From Eledone cirrhosa (taxonomy: Eukaryota): DNA of 64,000 nt. Position 1 is the first letter of the stretch, and every line of letters starts with the position of its first letter. Of this stretch, positions 63,507 to 64,000 are shown piece by piece. The notes below the pieces were generated by a model, which worked only from the letters and a program-made list of their open reading frames with translations, searched no databases and had not been told where the DNA came from. The translations under genes were made by a program, and so were the position numbers. The DNA lies in contig OZ024741.1 in the NCBI GenBank assembly GCA_964016885.1, positions 272,428,001 through 272,492,000 of the forward strand, read 5' to 3'.

Positions 63507-63775
63507 GAAACGTTCCCTGGCAAAGAACGGGAAAAAACGAATATAATACGTCATTATTTGGAGCGGTGAAAAACAATTACACGCAAAGACAGAACCACGT
63601 TTATGGTATAAAAGAAGTCGTAGACTAATATTCTATTAGGTGGTTCATAGAGACGTTGTCTGGCAATGAATGGAAAAAACGAAGATAATACGTCATATGT
63701 GGAGCGTGGAGAACAATTGCACGCAAAGACAAAACCACGTAAATGGTATAGCAGAAGTTGTAGACTAAAATTCTA
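63507..63775. repeat. Diverged ~142-bp tandem duplication
   Basis: gaaacgttccctggcaaagaa...gtagactaatattcta versus gagacgttgtctggcaatgaa...gtagactaaaattcta. Confidence 0.75.
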
Positions 63776-64000
63776 ACTAGGAAACTGAATGATTCTCGGC
63801 TTCAGAGTTATGTGTAAAGTAAATAAAATAGAGGGAATTGAAATTAAATAAATACATACACGCATCCATATATGTACATACACAAGCATACGCGAAAACA
63901 GTCGCTATAGGCATACAAGTACACGCACATAGACCCCCCCCCCCAAAAAAAAAACCCCGCACGCACATACAGAACCCACACAATGCCTGTACCCGCATGC

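Overview
This is AT-rich, microsatellite-dense animal DNA; the SINE/LINE complement and (TA)n density suggest a cephalopod such as an octopus (inference). One host gene is visible on the + strand: three small coding exons (2467-2682, 19206-19328, 45932-46070) of a METTL27/WBSCR27-like SAM-dependent methyltransferase. Its introns are about 16.5 kb and 26.6 kb, and the last one runs past the window end. The introns are filled with mobile elements: at least seven copies of one PHD-finger-containing RTE-clade LINE, two CR1/L2-group LINE copies, three Penelope-like element (PLE) families, two tRNA-derived SINE families, hAT/piggyBac/Tc1-pogo remnants and simple repeats. The most notable hidden structure is a population of minimal type I hammerhead ribozymes, about 11 with intact cores and several decayed. 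Five of them lie in a non-coding 310-bp tandem array (56981-58308) with a fold-back inversion, which looks like a retrozyme (circular-RNA-producing retroelement) next to a Neptune-like PLE. All structures were read by eye, so repeat boundaries are approximate.
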